Part shown: piece after piece, positions 8,807-20,205 of the stretch
Position numbering within the stretch: the stretch's first letter is position 1
Layout: every line of letters begins with the position of its first letter
Origin: an uncultured Acidimicrobiales bacterium
GTDB lineage: Bacteria; Actinomycetota; Acidimicrobiia; Acidimicrobiales; SZUA-35
DNA length: 64,000 bases
Assembly (NCBI GenBank): GCA_963717115.1
Contig: CAVQVO010000017.1
Coordinates: forward strand, 1,018,133-1,082,132
Direction of reading: 5' to 3'
The notes under the pieces: model-generated
What the model was told of the DNA's origin: nothing
Databases searched by the model: none
The model's input: only the letters and a program-made list of their open reading frames with translations
Position numbers and translations under genes: made by a program

Positions 8807-11347
8807 TCAGAGCGAGCCGATGGCGTCGAGCCGGAGCCGGGCCCGGCCTTCCTCCCGCGACAGCGCTCGGTCGATGGTGGCGGTGATCCGCCACTCGTCG
8901 TAACCCTCGGGATCGCGCAGGATCTGGGTGACCGTGTCGCCGTCGACGAGGAAGCGACCCGACGATCGGGCCTCGGCATCGACCAGCAGCACGTCGTGTT
9001 CCTCCCAGTAGGGGGCCATCGCATCGACCAACGCATCGAGCGACCAATCCTCCGGGTTGGTGACCGATCCGAGGATCACGGCGTGGCGGCGCATCGCCAA
9101 CGACTGCACCCAGCGGAAGACCTCGTTGCGAACCAGGACCCGGAACCCGCGGACGTTGGCCGTGACGTCGTGTTCGTCGACGGAGCGAACCTCGGGCTCG
9201 ACGATTCCGTCCCCGGCGATGAGCGAGTCCCACTCGTCGATGAGGCTGGAGTCGACCTGGCGGATGACGGCACCCAGCCATTCGATGACGTCATCGAGCT
9301 CGTCGGTCTTCGCGTCCTCCGGAACGTTCTGGCGAAGCCCTTTGTAGACGTCGGAGAGATAGCGCAGCAGCACGCCTTCGCTGCGCTTGAGTCCGTAGTG
9401 GCCGATGTACTCGGTGAACGTCATCCCTTCCTCGAACATCTCGCGGACCACCGACTTCGGTTGGACGTTGTTCGACCCCACCCAGGGGTGACGGAGGCGG
9501 AACTCGTCGAACCGGTCGTAGAGCCACTGCTTGTTGGGTCGTGGTGGTTCGACCTCGGCCAATCGGGCCATGCGCTCGTCGTACTCGACGCCGCTCGACT
9601 TCATCTCGGCCATGGCGGCGTCCTTGGCCTTGTTGAGTTGGGCGGCGATGATGACGCCCGGGTTCTCCATGATCGACTCGATGATCGTCACGATGTCGAG
9701 CGCGTGCAGGAGTTCGAGCCCCTCGATCGGCTCGTCGACCTGCCCGATCGCCTCGATGGCCCAGAGCGACAGTGGCTGGTGCAGCGCGAACTCGTCCTGG
9801 AGGTCGAAGTTGACCCGAACCCGGCGACCCCATTCGTCGGGTTCGGCCGGGAACTCCAGGAGCTCGGCATCGACCAACGACCGGTAGATGGCGATCGCTC
9901 GCCGGATGTGGTTGCGGCGCCGGCGCTTGGTCTCGTGATTGTCGGTCATGAGGGAGCGGACCGACCCGCAACCGTCACCGGGTCGATCGAGCAGGCTCAT
10001 CACCATCTGGTGATTGACCCCGAAACTCGACACCAGGGGTTCGGGTTCGCCGTTCACCATCTTGGTGAAGCTGTCCTCGGTCCAGTGGGCATACCCCCGC
10101 TCCGGTGGCTTCTTCTTCACGACCTTCTTCTTGCCCTCCTTCGCTGCCGCCTTCTCCTCGGCCCGCAGGTTCTCGACGACGTGGGGAGGGGCCTGGACCC
10201 AGACCGTGCCCTCGTCGTCGAAGCCCTTGCGGCCGGCCCGTCCCGCGATCTGGGCGAACTCCCGGTTCGACAGGGTGCGGACGCTGGTCCCGTCGTACTT
10301 GCAGAGCTGGGTGAACAGCACCGTGCGAATCGGCACGTTGACCCCGACCCCGAGCGTGTCGGTGCCACAGATGATCTTGAGGAGGCCGTCCTGGGCCAAC
10401 TTCTCGACCAGCAGGCGGTACTTGGGCAGCAGCCCGGCGTGATGGACGCCGATCCCGCCGGTCAGATACCGCCGCAGGTCCTTGCCGATCGGCGTGTCGA
10501 ACCGGAACCCGCCGATGGCGACCTTGATCTGCTCCTTCTCGGCCTTGGTCAGCGGATCGAGCGAGAGATAGCCCTGGGCCGCTTCGGTGGCCTCCCGCTG
10601 GGTGAAGTGCACGAGATAGATGGGTGCCCGGCCCGACGCCAGGAGTTCTTCGATCGAGGCGTGCAGCGTGGTGTGGCGGTACTCGAAATCGAGCGGCACC
10701 GGTCGTTGGTGGGACGAGACCGTGATCGTCGGTCGACCCGTTCGCCGGGTGAGGTCGCGCTCGAAGAAGTCGGTGCGGCCCAGCGTCGCCGAAATCAGCA
10801 GGAACTGGACGTGGGGCAGTTCGAGGAGCGGCACCTGCCAGGCCCAACCCCGTTGGGGATCGGCGTAGTAGTGGAACTCGTCGGCGATGACGACGTCGAC
10901 GTCGGCCTCGGCGCCGTCTCGCAGCGCCCAGTTCGCCAGGATCTCCGCGGTGCAACAGATGATCGGGGCGTCCGGATTGATGCGGGCGTCCCCGGTGATC
11001 ATCCCGACCCGGTCGGCACCGAAGTCCCGGCGGAGCGCGAAGAACTTCTCCGACACCAGGGCCTTGATCGGTGCGGTGTAGACACTGCGCCGGCCGGCCG
11101 CCAGGGCCGCGAAGTGTGCGGCGGCGGCCACGAGCGACTTTCCGGAGCCGGTCGGGGTGTTCAGGATGACGTTGTTGCCGGCGAGCAGTTCGAGAATGGC
11201 TTCTTCCTGCGCGTCGTAGAGGGCGAGGCCCTGCTCGGCGACGAAGTCGATGAACCCGTCGACGATGGCATCGGGTCCGGGTTCGGGCGATCCCGGCACG
11301 GGCGACGGCAGGTGGCGGATCAGCGGGGGTCGATCGTCGCTCGGCAT
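8807..11347 (-). CDS. DEAD/DEAH-box (Ski2-like) helicase with a long conserved C-terminal domain (DUF3516-type)
   Basis: Walker A (TPTGSGKS), DEFH box (IADEFHYYAD), SAT (ISATLG) and helicase motif VI (QIAGRAGRKG). 846 aa. Confidence 0.9.
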   Translation of the reverse strand: MPSDDRPPLIRHLPSPVPGSPEPGPDAIVDGFIDFVAEQGLALYDAQEEAILELLAGNNVILNTPTGSGKSLVAAAAHFAALAAGRRSVYTAPIKALVSEKFFALRRDFGADRVGMITGDARINPDAPIICCTAEILANWALRDGAEADVDVVIADEFHYYADPQRGWAWQVPLLELPHVQFLLISATLGRTDFFERDLTRRTGRPTITVSSHQRPVPLDFEYRHTTLHASIEELLASGRAPIYLVHFTQREATEAAQGYLSLDPLTKAEKEQIKVAIGGFRFDTPIGKDLRRYLTGGIGVHHAGLLPKYRLLVEKLAQDGLLKIICGTDTLGVGVNVPIRTVLFTQLCKYDGTSVRTLSNREFAQIAGRAGRKGFDDEGTVWVQAPPHVVENLRAEEKAAAKEGKKKVVKKKPPERGYAHWTEDSFTKMVNGEPEPLVSSFGVNHQMVMSLLDRPGDGCGSVRSLMTDNHETKRRRRNHIRRAIAIYRSLVDAELLEFPAEPDEWGRRVRVNFDLQDEFALHQPLSLWAIEAIGQVDEPIEGLELLHALDIVTIIESIMENPGVIIAAQLNKAKDAAMAEMKSSGVEYDERMARLAEVEPPRPNKQWLYDRFDEFRLRHPWVGSNNVQPKSVVREMFEEGMTFTEYIGHYGLKRSEGVLLRYLSDVYKGLRQNVPEDAKTDELDDVIEWLGAVIRQVDSSLIDEWDSLIAGDGIVEPEVRSVDEHDVTANVRGFRVLVRNEVFRWVQSLAMRRHAVILGSVTNPEDWSLDALVDAMAPYWEEHDVLLVDAEARSSGRFLVDGDTVTQILRDPEGYDEWRITATIDRALSREEGRARLRLDAIGSL

Positions 11348-11396
11348 CGTTTCAACCTACTGCCGGGCCGGACCGGCGATGGTACGGTCGGCGCCC

Positions 11397-12059
11397 ATGA
11401 CGTTCAAGGGGCTGCCCGAGGCCGGGATGGCGTTCTACCGCGAGCTCGACGCCGACAACTCCAAGGTGTTCTGGACCGCCAACAAGGCTCGCTTCGACGA
11501 AGACGTGAAGCAGCCGGTGTCGGAGCTGTGCGACGAGCTGTCGGAGTACGGCATCTTCAAGGTCTTCCGGCCCTACAACGACGTCCGCTTCGCGAAGGGT
11601 CGCCCGCCCTACAAGACCGCTCAGGGCGCGTACACCGAGGGTGAGGGAGGGGCCGGTTACTACTTCCAGTTCTCGGCCGACGGTCTCATGGCCGGGTCCG
11701 GCTACTACAGCATGGCCCGGGACCAACTCGAGCGTTTCCGGGCGGCCATCGACGATGAAACCCTCGGACCGGATCTGGCCGAGTTGGTGGCCGCCGTTCC
11801 GAAGACCTACGCCGTCGGTGCCATGGAATCGCTGAAGACCGCTCCCCGTGGCTTTCCCAAGGACCATCCCCGGATCGAGTTGCTCCGCCGCAAGGGGCTG
11901 ATGATCTCGAAGGACTTCGGGGCGCCGAAATGGCTGCACACCAAGGCCGTCGTCGCCCGGATCCGCCAGGTCTGGGACGACGCCCGACCGGTCAACGACT
12001 GGCTCGACGCCAACGTCGGCCCGTCGCATCTCGAACCCGAGGCGTTCGGCCGGAGCTAG
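11397..12059 (+). CDS. DUF2461 (TIGR02453) family protein
   Basis: MTFKGLPEAGMAFYRELDADNSKVFWTANKARF...PYNDVRF resembles that family from memory. Start at ATG 11397, with ATG 11379 as an alternative. Confidence 0.7.
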   Translation: MTFKGLPEAGMAFYRELDADNSKVFWTANKARFDEDVKQPVSELCDELSEYGIFKVFRPYNDVRFAKGRPPYKTAQGAYTEGEGGAGYYFQFSADGLMAGSGYYSMARDQLERFRAAIDDETLGPDLAELVAAVPKTYAVGAMESLKTAPRGFPKDHPRIELLRRKGLMISKDFGAPKWLHTKAVVARIRQVWDDARPVNDWLDANVGPSHLEPEAFGRS

Positions 12060-12086
12060 CGGCCGGGGTCGCCGACGCGACGGCCC

Positions 12087-12812
12087 TCAGCGGAACAGGT
12101 CCTCGGAGTTGTGGCGAACGACCTCGCCAACGACGCTGCCCTCACCCATCCACGCCGGATCGATACCCCGGATCAGGGCCACGGCGATGCCGGTCGACTT
12201 GCCGCGAACCAGCTCGGCAGCGCCGGCGAGTTCGTCGACCAGGCAGACCTCGGTCACGTGCAGCTCCCGTCCCGTCGCATCCTCGGTGCCCCGGAGATCG
12301 AGGATCGGTTTGATGCCGGCGCACCCGAGGGCGATGTCGGTCAGTCCGCGACGCCACGGCCGTCCGAAGGTGTCGGCGACGACGATCGCCACGTCGACTC
12401 CGGCGCGGCCCTTGATCGCATCCCGGAGACGCCGGGCCGAACGGTCGGAGTCCTCGGGCAGCAGGCACGCGATGTCGGGCGCCACGTTGGAGCGGTCGAT
12501 TCCCGAGTTCGCGCAGATGAAGCCGTGCCTGGTCTCGGTGATGATCAGATCGCCGCGGCGACGAATCACCCGCTTGGCCTCGGCCAGGACCAGCGGCTTG
12601 TGCGAGAGCGGATCGTCGGGATCGACCCGGACCAGCCGATCCTCGGCCTTCGAAACGACCTTCTGACTCACGATCAGCACGTCGTTGTCGGTCAACGGCT
12701 CGTCGTCGCCCAGTGACGAGGCGCACGCAGCCAGGATCATCCCGGCGAGGTCGTCACCCGGTCCGATCTCGGGTAGGCCGCCGATGGGGATGATCTCGAG
12801 CCGTCGAAGCAT
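12087..12812 (-). CDS. cofE: Coenzyme F420-0:L-glutamate ligase (CofE, stand-alone form)
   Basis: LEIIPIGGLPEI.PGDDL, IVSQKVVSKAE and HGFICANSGID.SNV motifs. 241 aa, with no nitroreductase extension. Confidence 0.87.
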   Translation of the reverse strand: MLRRLEIIPIGGLPEIGPGDDLAGMILAACASSLGDDEPLTDNDVLIVSQKVVSKAEDRLVRVDPDDPLSHKPLVLAEAKRVIRRRGDLIITETRHGFICANSGIDRSNVAPDIACLLPEDSDRSARRLRDAIKGRAGVDVAIVVADTFGRPWRRGLTDIALGCAGIKPILDLRGTEDATGRELHVTEVCLVDELAGAAELVRGKSTGIAVALIRGIDPAWMGEGSVVGEVVRHNSEDLFR

Positions 12813-12823
12813 CGCAGCAGACT

Positions 12824-13300
12824 CTCACATTGGTTCGGCTGGCGCCTCACGCCTTCGGCGATCCGGGTCGTCGGCGCCGGAGCGGCCTCGTCCCTCGGCC
12901 GCGTGGGCTGGCGCTTCACGCCTGCGGCGATCCGGGTCGTCGGTGCCGGAGCGGCCTCGTCCCTCGGCCGCGTGGGCGGGCGCCTCACGCCTTCGGCGAT
13001 CTGGGTCGTCGAGACGCTGCGGCCTCGTCCCTCGGCCGCGTGGGCGGGCGCCTCACGCCTGCGGCGATCTGGGTCGTCGAGACGCTGCGGCCTCGTCCCT
13101 CGGCCGCGTGGGCTGGCGCTCACATTGGTTCGGCTGGCGCCTCACGCCTTCGGCGATCTGGGTCGTCGGGACGCTGCGGCCTCGTCCCTCGGCCGCGTGG
13201 GCGGGCGCCTCACGCCTTCGGCGATCTGGGTCGTCGAGACGCTGCGGCCTCGTCCCTCGGCCGCGTGGGCGGGCGCCTCACGCCTGCGGCGATCCCGTCG
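12824..13300. repeat. Tandem array of a 68/69-bp unit (~6.5 copies) with a duplicated 17-nt anchor
   Basis: Units at 12841-12909, 12910-12978, 12979-13046, 13047-13114, 13136-13203 and 13204-13271, plus a partial unit from 13272. The anchor ctcacattggttcggct occurs at 12824-12840 and 13119-13135. Each unit carries the inverted repeat gcggcc-N9-ggccgc. Confidence 0.95.
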
Positions 13301-13304
13301 GTGC

Positions 13305-13898
13305 TCAGGCGTTGGTCACGAGGAGCTGGACGTACGCGATGCCCGCATCCTCGAAGACGTTCACGTTGATCTGGTCGGTGTCGCCCTTGCTCATCAACGC
13401 GGTGCCGCTGAAGGCTCCGTCGGTCGTTGCGTCGCTGCGGAACGTCGACTCGTAGCCGACCGCTTCGAGGTCGCCGATCACGGTGTCGAACACCTCGGCC
13501 GGATCGCCGTCGACCTTGCCGGTCACCGAGTAGGCCACCGTGCCGTCGCCGCTGTCCATCCGGGAGGTCGACTCGATGGTCAGGCCGCTCGGCAGGGGCA
13601 CATCGGGGAAGTCCTCGGGCAGCTCCTGGCCGCTCTCGAAGGTCATGGTGCCTTCGTCGCTCTCGATGACCATGTTGCCCTCGTCGTCGACGGTCATCGA
13701 ACCGTCGTCGGTCTGGATCGAGAAGGTGCCGTCGTCGGTGTCGATGTCGACGTCGCCGCCTCCGTTCGCCTCGGCGATCTGCTCGACGGCCTCGTCGGTG
13801 GCCTTCTCGGCGGCCTTGTCGGCGATGGCTCCACAGCCGGTGGTGATCAACACGGCTGCCACCGCGAAGAGGGGGGCAAGAGCGGGCGACCGTGACAT
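13305..13898 (-). CDS. Acidic secreted lipoprotein, function unknown
   Basis: Signal peptide with a lipobox (LFAVAAVLITTGC) after ATG 13898. The mature part is Asp/Glu/Gly/Thr-rich, with high GC3. Confidence 0.7.
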   Translation of the reverse strand: MSRSPALAPLFAVAAVLITTGCGAIADKAAEKATDEAVEQIAEANGGGDVDIDTDDGTFSIQTDDGSMTVDDEGNMVIESDEGTMTFESGQELPEDFPDVPLPSGLTIESTSRMDSGDGTVAYSVTGKVDGDPAEVFDTVIGDLEAVGYESTFRSDATTDGAFSGTALMSKGDTDQINVNVFEDAGIAYVQLLVTNA

Positions 13899-13997
13899 GG
13901 GATTCCCTCCGAGACGAGCCGTCAAGCCCGTTCTGTTCGACATCTTTACCACGTCCATCGGCTGCAGGGAACCGGATCGTGAGCGTCGGAGGGCAGA

Positions 13998-14954
13998 TCA
14001 GCGCGCCGAGTCCGGGGGCTCGAGAACCGTCCGGGCCAGCGCCAAGGTCGTGTCGAGGTCGCGCATGACGGTGGGCGCCACGATGCAGCGGACCCCGATC
14101 GCCTCGATCGCCGGTGCCAGGTCGGCGTCGACGGTGTCGACGACCAGCGTCCCGACGGTGTCGGCGTACCACTCGGCGACGGCCAGCGCCGAGGCCTCCC
14201 GGCCCAACTCGTTCAGGAGCCGGTCGGCCGGACCCTTCAAGGCCCGCCCGCCGACGATCGGCGAGACGGCGACCACGTCACGACGTCGTGCGGCCAGAGC
14301 AGCCCGGACGCCGGGCACGGCCAGCACCGGGTCGATCGAGACGACGGGATTCGACGGTGCGATGATCACGTGGTCGCTCGTCCGGATCGCCTCGATCACC
14401 CCAGGCGCCGGCGTCGCCGATTCGGCGCCGTCGAACCGCACCGCACTGACGGCGACGTCGTGATGGAGGCGCACGAAGTATTCCTGGAAGCCGACCTCCC
14501 CCTCGACCAGGGTGGTCACCATGGTCCGGAGCCGATCGTTCGACACCGGGAGCACGGTCAAGTCGAGGTCCCAGGCCGCAACGACATCGGCGGTGGCCTC
14601 GGCCAACGTGGCACCCTCCCGCAGTCGATGGGTGCGGAACAGGTGCGTCCCGAGATCGCGATCCCCGAGGTTGAACCAGTCGACGCCTCCGTAGCGGCCG
14701 ATCATGTCCATGGCCTGCCACGTCTCGCCTTCGAGACCCCAGCCCCGCTCGGCGCTCACGGCGTCGGCCAGCGTGTAGGTGATCGTGTCGAGGTCGGGCG
14801 AGACGTGCAGCCCGTGCAGCTCGAGATCGTCGCCGACGTTGACGATGGCCACGAGATCCGGTCCGGGGACGAGGCGCACGAGGCCGCGCAGCAACCGGGC
14901 AGCGCCGACACCGCCGCAGATCACCGCCGCGGTCCCGGCCGAGGCGGCGGTCAT
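13998..14954 (-). CDS. cofD: 2-phospho-L-lactate transferase (CofD/FbiA)
   Basis: VICGGVGAARLLRGL...VNVGDD...HGL.VSPDLDT..YTLA signature. The start codon directly abuts the gmd stop. Confidence 0.9.
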   Translation of the reverse strand: MTAASAGTAAVICGGVGAARLLRGLVRLVPGPDLVAIVNVGDDLELHGLHVSPDLDTITYTLADAVSAERGWGLEGETWQAMDMIGRYGGVDWFNLGDRDLGTHLFRTHRLREGATLAEATADVVAAWDLDLTVLPVSNDRLRTMVTTLVEGEVGFQEYFVRLHHDVAVSAVRFDGAESATPAPGVIEAIRTSDHVIIAPSNPVVSIDPVLAVPGVRAALAARRRDVVAVSPIVGGRALKGPADRLLNELGREASALAVAEWYADTVGTLVVDTVDADLAPAIEAIGVRCIVAPTVMRDLDTTLALARTVLEPPDSAR

Positions 14955-16883
<1,929 letters not shown>

Positions 16884-17007
16884 GGCGCCAGGTTAGCGAG
16901 GGGTCCGGCCGTTCCGAGCCGACGCCCCACGCGGCCCGAACTCGATCCGGGTCGGGAAGGCAGGGGTGCCCGGTGGAACGATCGGGGAGCGATAGTCTGC
17001 GAGCCTC

Positions 17008-20000
17008 GTGACCGACTCCCCGACGGCCGCAGCCTCCACCGCACCGACGACCCTCGTCGTGGGATCCGAGGCTCTGGAACGACCTCTCGCCCCACTCGAG
17101 GCCCCAGAGGTCGCGCTTGGCGATGACGGAGGTCCGCCGATCGTGGCGGTCGTCGTCGTCGACGAACTCCGTCCCGATCTGAACCTGACGCTCGAATCGA
17201 TCGCCGCCCAGGAGTACACGAATTTCTCGGTGCTCGTGGTCGATGCCGCCGGCGAGGAGCCGATCGCCGACCGAGTCGCCGAGATCCTCCCCGATGCGTT
17301 CCTGCATCGGATGCCGAACCGTCCGGGGCGGGCCGTCGCCGCCAATCAGGCGCTCGAACTGGTCTCGGGAGCCTCGTTCTTCCTGTTCGTCACCGTCGGA
17401 CACATGCTCGAACCCTCGGCGACGTCGACCCTGATCGAGGAGCTGTACCGCTCCAACGCCGGCATCGTCACGCCGAAGATCGTCGATGCGCACGATCCGC
17501 GACGCCTCCGCAAGGTGGGCATGGGTTCGGACCGATTCGGCGTCCAGGTCGACCTGGTCGAACCGGGCGAGTTCGACCAGGAGCAGTACGACACGGTTCG
17601 CGACGTCTTCGTCGCGCCGGCCGGGGTCCAGCTGATCCGGGCCGACCTGTTCCGGGCCCTCGGCGGATTCGACCCCGTGATGGTCCGGTACGGGGCGGAC
17701 CTCGATCTCTGCTGGCGGGCCCACGTTGCGGGTGCCCGAGTGGTCGCCGTGCCGCGAGCCGTGGTCCGGTCGGCGTTCAAGGAGTCCGACTCCGACGAGC
17801 GCCGTCGCCAACTGGGCCGGCATCGGCTCCGTACCCTGCTCGTCGCCTCCACCAAGCTCCACCTCGTTCGGGTCCTGCCGTTCGCCCTGCTGCTGCTCGT
17901 CGCCGAAGCGGTCTACTCGGTCGTCGCGGGACGGAGGCGCCAGGCCCGCGATGCCCTCGGGGCGATCGGCTGGAACCTGACGAACCTCGCCGACATCCGT
18001 CGGCGTCGCAAAGAGATGGCCTCGCTGCGGGGTGTGTCGGATCGCGAGGTCGTCGCGCTGGCGGTCCCCGGGTCGGCACGACTGAGCGGGTTCTTCCGTG
18101 GTCAGTTCGACGTCGGTGACCGGGTCGTCAGTTTCGCCGGGACCTTCCGGGACTCCTTCACCGGGCAGGACGCCGGCTCCTTCCGTGACGGCTTCGTCAT
18201 CAGCTCGCTGGTCGGGCTGGTCATCCTGCTCGGGAGTCGCGGGCTGATCACCGGGGGTGTCACGCCGACCGGCCAGTTCCTCGACCTGCCCGGTGGCGGT
18301 GCGATGCTGCGCGAGTGGCTCGGTGGATGGCGCTCGGTCGGGACCGGTGGCTCGGGCAACCCGGCGACGGCCTTCGGCGTGCTCGGGGCGGCCAAGCTGG
18401 CCTTCTTCTGGGGCCCGGGCGTCTTCGACACCCTGCTCGTGATCGGGCCGCTGTTCATCGGGCCGTTCGGGGCCTGGCGCCTCGCCCGCACCTACGGCAG
18501 TCTGCGGGGGGCGGCGCTCGCCGCCCTCGCCTACGCCGCCAACCCGGTCGCCGTTTCGGCGATGGCCGCCGCTCGCTGGGACGCCCTCGTGGTCCATGCC
18601 GCCGGTCCGTTCCTGGCCGGGAGTGCGTTGCGGATCCAAGGATCGGCGCCGTTCGGCACGATCGGTGGCATGGCCGGCCCGGGCGTGATCGAGCGATCCC
18701 TGGCGATCCGCCTCCTGCGGTTCGGTGTCCTCGTCGCCGCCGTTGCCACGTTCGTGCCCGCCGTGATCCTGGTGGCCGTCGTGTTCTGCGCCGGGCTGCT
18801 CGTCAGCGGCGTCGTGATGGCCCGGCCGGGAGCGTCCGGCCGTCTCGTGCTGGCGGCGCTGGTCGCCGTGGCCACTCCGGCCGCCCTGCACGCTCCGTTC
18901 ACCTTCGACGTCATCCGGCGGGGCAGCTGGCGCTGGTTCGTCGGCGCCGATTCGCCCGAGGTCGCCTTCGACTCGCTGGCCGACCTGATCCGGTTCGCCC
19001 CCGGCGGGGTCGAGCCGCGGCTGCTGACGATCGGTGTCATCGCCGCCGCCTCGCTGGTGTTGCTGATCGGCAACGGCGTGCGGCTCGACGGTGGCATCCG
19101 AGCCTGGTCGTTGGCCGTGGTGTCCTGGGTCGTGATCTGGGTCGGACGCCGGGGCTGGATCGAGATCGATCTCCCCGCCGCGGAACTCATGCTCGTTCCG
19201 GCGGCGACCGGCATGGCGCTGGCGGTCGGAGCGGCCACCCGAGCCGTCGAGATCGACCTGGTCGGATTCCGCTTCGGGTGGCGTCAGGTGGTGGCGTTCC
19301 TCGGTGTCTTCGCGATGGCCGGGGCCGGCCTCCTCCTGCTGACCCAGGCCTACGGGGGTCGCTGGAAGATGCCCGAGCAGAGCTACGCGAACACGACCGC
19401 GCTCCTGGCCGAACAACTCGACGGTGCCAGCCGCATCCTGTGGATCGGCGCCCCGTCGGTGCTGCCCGTCGACACCATCGAGTCCGATCGCGGGATCTCC
19501 TACGCCCTGCTCGAAGGCACCGAGGCGTCGGTGTTCGGCCGCTGGATGCCGGGCCCCTACGGTCTCGATCGTCAGGTCGGTGAACAACTCGACCTGGCCG
19601 TCGACGACCAGACCGTCCGGCTCGGGCGACTCCTCGCTCCGTACGGCGTCGACTACGTCGTGGTGGTTCCCCGCCTGGCTCCGGCACCGCACGAGGGGCG
19701 GACGATCGATCCGCCGGCCGGCCTGCTCACGGCGCTGCTCGGGCAACTCGATCTCCAACGCGTGGCCGGAGTCTCCGATTTCACCGTCTTCCGGAACGAG
19801 GCCGCACAGGGGCCGGTCGTCGGTCTCGAAACCGAGATGACCGGGTTGCCGAATCGACCCGACGCCTTCCTCGACACCGACCTCGCCAACGGCCAGCGGA
19901 TGCGGGCCGAGTTCGGGCCCGGTGAATGGTCGGTGTCGGAGACCGCCCCCCGACCCGACGGTTCCCGGCCGCCGCAGCCGGTGAGCGTGCTCGTCTCGGT

Positions 20001-20205
20001 CACCGGGGACGGCTGGGTCTCGGCCACCGACGGTGTGACGGCGTCGCCGACCCTCGGCGGTCTGCTCGTGGTCGACCCCGATGAGGTCACCGACTGGACG
20101 ATCCGTCGACCGACACCGTGGTTGCGTTGGCTCGTCCTCGTCGCCCAAGCCGGCCTGGTGGGCCTCGGCATCGCGATCGCCCGGTCCGAGGACCCGATCT
20201 CATGA
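17008..20205 (+). CDS. Glycosyltransferase family 2 domain fused to a large polytopic membrane domain
   Basis: The N-terminal GT-A region (VAVVVVD...QEYTNFSVLVVDAAG...) is followed by many hydrophobic helices. 1065 aa in a single frame, GTG start. Confidence 0.85.
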   Translation: MTDSPTAAASTAPTTLVVGSEALERPLAPLEAPEVALGDDGGPPIVAVVVVDELRPDLNLTLESIAAQEYTNFSVLVVDAAGEEPIADRVAEILPDAFLHRMPNRPGRAVAANQALELVSGASFFLFVTVGHMLEPSATSTLIEELYRSNAGIVTPKIVDAHDPRRLRKVGMGSDRFGVQVDLVEPGEFDQEQYDTVRDVFVAPAGVQLIRADLFRALGGFDPVMVRYGADLDLCWRAHVAGARVVAVPRAVVRSAFKESDSDERRRQLGRHRLRTLLVASTKLHLVRVLPFALLLLVAEAVYSVVAGRRRQARDALGAIGWNLTNLADIRRRRKEMASLRGVSDREVVALAVPGSARLSGFFRGQFDVGDRVVSFAGTFRDSFTGQDAGSFRDGFVISSLVGLVILLGSRGLITGGVTPTGQFLDLPGGGAMLREWLGGWRSVGTGGSGNPATAFGVLGAAKLAFFWGPGVFDTLLVIGPLFIGPFGAWRLARTYGSLRGAALAALAYAANPVAVSAMAAARWDALVVHAAGPFLAGSALRIQGSAPFGTIGGMAGPGVIERSLAIRLLRFGVLVAAVATFVPAVILVAVVFCAGLLVSGVVMARPGASGRLVLAALVAVATPAALHAPFTFDVIRRGSWRWFVGADSPEVAFDSLADLIRFAPGGVEPRLLTIGVIAAASLVLLIGNGVRLDGGIRAWSLAVVSWVVIWVGRRGWIEIDLPAAELMLVPAATGMALAVGAATRAVEIDLVGFRFGWRQVVAFLGVFAMAGAGLLLLTQAYGGRWKMPEQSYANTTALLAEQLDGASRILWIGAPSVLPVDTIESDRGISYALLEGTEASVFGRWMPGPYGLDRQVGEQLDLAVDDQTVRLGRLLAPYGVDYVVVVPRLAPAPHEGRTIDPPAGLLTALLGQLDLQRVAGVSDFTVFRNEAAQGPVVGLETEMTGLPNRPDAFLDTDLANGQRMRAEFGPGEWSVSETAPRPDGSRPPQPVSVLVSVTGDGWVSATDGVTASPTLGGLLVVDPDEVTDWTIRRPTPWLRWLVLVAQAGLVGLGIAIARSEDPIS

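Noticed and set aside
8447-11644. A 1065-aa plus-strand ORF opposite the helicase gene.
   Set aside because: It has no motifs and a low-complexity composition. The minus-strand frame has the full set of helicase motifs.
12824-13300. CRISPR array.
   Set aside because: The units are contiguous 68/69-bp tandem copies with no unique spacers between them, and no cas genes are present in the window.
12685-13895. ORFs 12685..13455, 12830..13369 and 12903..13895, which encode repetitive Arg/Ser/Gly-rich peptides.
   Set aside because: They exist only because the tandem array lacks stop codons. The unit length alternates between 68 and 69 bp, so no frame is maintained. They also overlap the real lipoprotein gene in antisense.
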